Source: an uncultured Chloroflexia bacterium (lineage in GTDB: Bacteria > Chloroflexota > Anaerolineae > CG2-30-64-16). Taken from it: a DNA stretch of 64,000 nt. The notes beneath the pieces are model-generated. The model made no database searches and was not told where the DNA came from. It was given only the letters and a program-made list of their open reading frames with translations. The position numbers and the translations under genes were made by a program. How positions within the stretch are numbered: position 1 is the stretch's first letter; each line of letters starts with the position of its first letter. Of the stretch, positions 62,651 through 64,000 are shown one piece after another. The stretch spans positions 352,001-416,000 of the forward strand of contig CAVZDU010000007.1 in the NCBI GenBank assembly GCA_963774265.1, read 5' to 3'.

Positions 62651-62686
62651 CAGGTGCCCGGCACTTCGAAAGTTCCGGGCACCTTC
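62651..62686. repeat. REP-like palindromic repeat (copy 2)
   Basis: CAGGTGCCCGGCACTTCGAAAGTTCCGGGCACCTTC, related to 984-1017. Confidence 0.7.
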
Positions 62687-62738
62687 AGCACGCGACACCT
62701 TCCGCGGCCCCGCAATCACCAACCCGAGGAGCTGCCTC

Positions 62739-64000
62739 ATGCCTGTCTCACCCAGAGCGTCGCGATCGTTGACTCCCGAAGATGTCGCAACCGTACCCCA
62801 GCCCGGCCTCGTCCAGCCGGTCGATTTCCAGTTCAGCCCGGACGACGCGCTGATAACATTCCTCCACAGCCCTGACCGTTCGCGGACGCGGCAGTTGTAC
62901 GCGTTCGATCCCGCTACGCGTGAGTGCGGTCTTTTTCTCGAACCACCGTCACAGGGAACAACGGACGAAAACGTCTCTTTGGAAGAGGCGTTGCGCCGGG
63001 AACGTGCGCGGCAGTGGGGCACCGGGGTGACCGACTATGCCTGGGCAAAGTTGGCCGCGCGGCTATTGGTCCCCCTGCCGGACGGTGTGTACGTCCAGGA
63101 TGCGGCGGGGCTGCGCAAGGTCGTCGACGGCGCGGTGCAGGATCCGCGTTTTTCGCCCGATGGCGCACAGATCGCGTTTGTCAGAGAAGGTGACCTGTGG
63201 GTCACTGACGTTCTCGACGGGGAAACCAGGGCTTTGACCCGGGAAGCTGCGAATTCCGGCGTCACGCGCGGCCTCGCCGAATACATCGCAGCCGAGGAAA
63301 TGGGCAGGCACGAAGGCTTTTGGTGGTCGCCGGATGGCGCCATGATCGCCTTCACCGAGGTCGACGAGCGTCACATCCCCATCTACCGCATCATGCACCA
63401 GGGCAAAGATGCGGTGGGTGACGGCGCTCAAGAGGACCACCGCTACCCGTTTGCAGGGAAGGCCAACGCTCGGGTGCGGTTGGGCGTGGTCATGGTGGCA
63501 ACCGGCGAGGTGCTTTGGATGAGCGAAGTCGCAGGTGGCCCGCAACCTGCGTCCGGGCTGCATTCTGCAGCCTGGGAGTACCTGGCGCGCGTCGAGTGGT
63601 TCCCCTGCGGTGACCTGCTCGCCCAGTTTCAGGATCGCCGCCAGCAGCAGCTCGACCTGATTCGCTTTGATCCGGTGACAGGCACGGGCAAACAGCTGCT
63701 TCGCGAGTCGAGTGCGGTCTGGATCAACCTGCACGACGTGCTGCATCCGCTGCCGGCGAATCACAAGCTGTGGCCGGGCGGATTCATCTGGGCGTCGGAG
63801 CGCACCGGCTTCCGCCACCTGTACCTTTATGATCGCGACGGCGGGTTGGTGCGTCCGCTCACCGAGGGCCAATGGATGGTGGATACGCTGGCTGGCGTCG
63901 ATGCGGCCCGCGGGATCGCGTACTTCACCGGCACACGGTCCGGAGCAACCGAGCGTCATCTATACCGCGTTGCGTTCGAAGGTGGGGAGCCGGCGCAGGT
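62739..64000 (+). CDS. S9B dipeptidyl peptidase IV-like protein (N-terminal part, runs off the window)
   Basis: GAGGAG RBS; manual translation gives EEALRRERAR, GLAEYIAAEEMGRHEGFWWSPDG, YPFAGKAN, SERTGFRHLYLY. Confidence 0.92.
   Translation, partial: MPVSPRASRSLTPEDVATVPQPGLVQPVDFQFSPDDALITFLHSPDRSRTRQLYAFDPATRECGLFLEPPSQGTTDENVSLEEALRRERARQWGTGVTDYAWAKLAARLLVPLPDGVYVQDAAGLRKVVDGAVQDPRFSPDGAQIAFVREGDLWVTDVLDGETRALTREAANSGVTRGLAEYIAAEEMGRHEGFWWSPDGAMIAFTEVDERHIPIYRIMHQGKDAVGDGAQEDHRYPFAGKANARVRLGVVMVATGEVLWMSEVAGGPQPASGLHSAAWEYLARVEWFPCGDLLAQFQDRRQQQLDLIRFDPVTGTGKQLLRESSAVWINLHDVLHPLPANHKLWPGGFIWASERTGFRHLYLYDRDGGLVRPLTEGQWMVDTLAGVDAARGIAYFTGTRSGATERHLYRVAFEGGEPAQ

Overview
GC-rich bacterial window. 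The gene content (Pro/Ala-linker lipoproteins, BTAD-STAND regulator, PTAV-type C-terminal anchor, heptamer intergenic repeats) suggests Chloroflexota (Anaerolineae/Caldilineae-like); this is an inference. Many genes, including housekeeping rnhB, carry single-base frameshifts, most likely long-read assembly errors. Layout: (1) 1-13.7 kb, minus-strand glycoside-utilisation region with GH2, MFS, ROK regulator and XylR-type operator, GH3, three HAD paralogs and a BTAD-AAA-TPR regulator. (2) About 14.2-30.4 kb, copper/redox island with CopA, YHS, cupredoxin, cytochrome c, a two-component system and a divergent five-gene operon (PCYCGC, CuA, polyferredoxin, CuA/cytochrome c, DUF1573-like). The last gene reads through an in-frame TGA in a Cys-Sec motif followed by a SECIS-like hairpin. 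(3) 31.7-33.9 kb, RuBisCO-like protein / YjbQ / degenerate HAD operon. (4) 34.15-43.95 kb, sugar ABC/GH31 island bounded by tRNA-Glu and a degenerate copy of its 3' end, beside a D-arm-less tRNA-Val remnant. (5) 44-64 kb, mostly core genes (trmD, rplS, rnhB, yraN, miaA, araD), a nitrilase homolog lacking catalytic residues, an unknown three-gene operon with two paralogs, an AfuABC-like transporter with a PfkB kinase, and an S9 peptidase. No CRISPR array, rRNA, integrase or transposase was seen.
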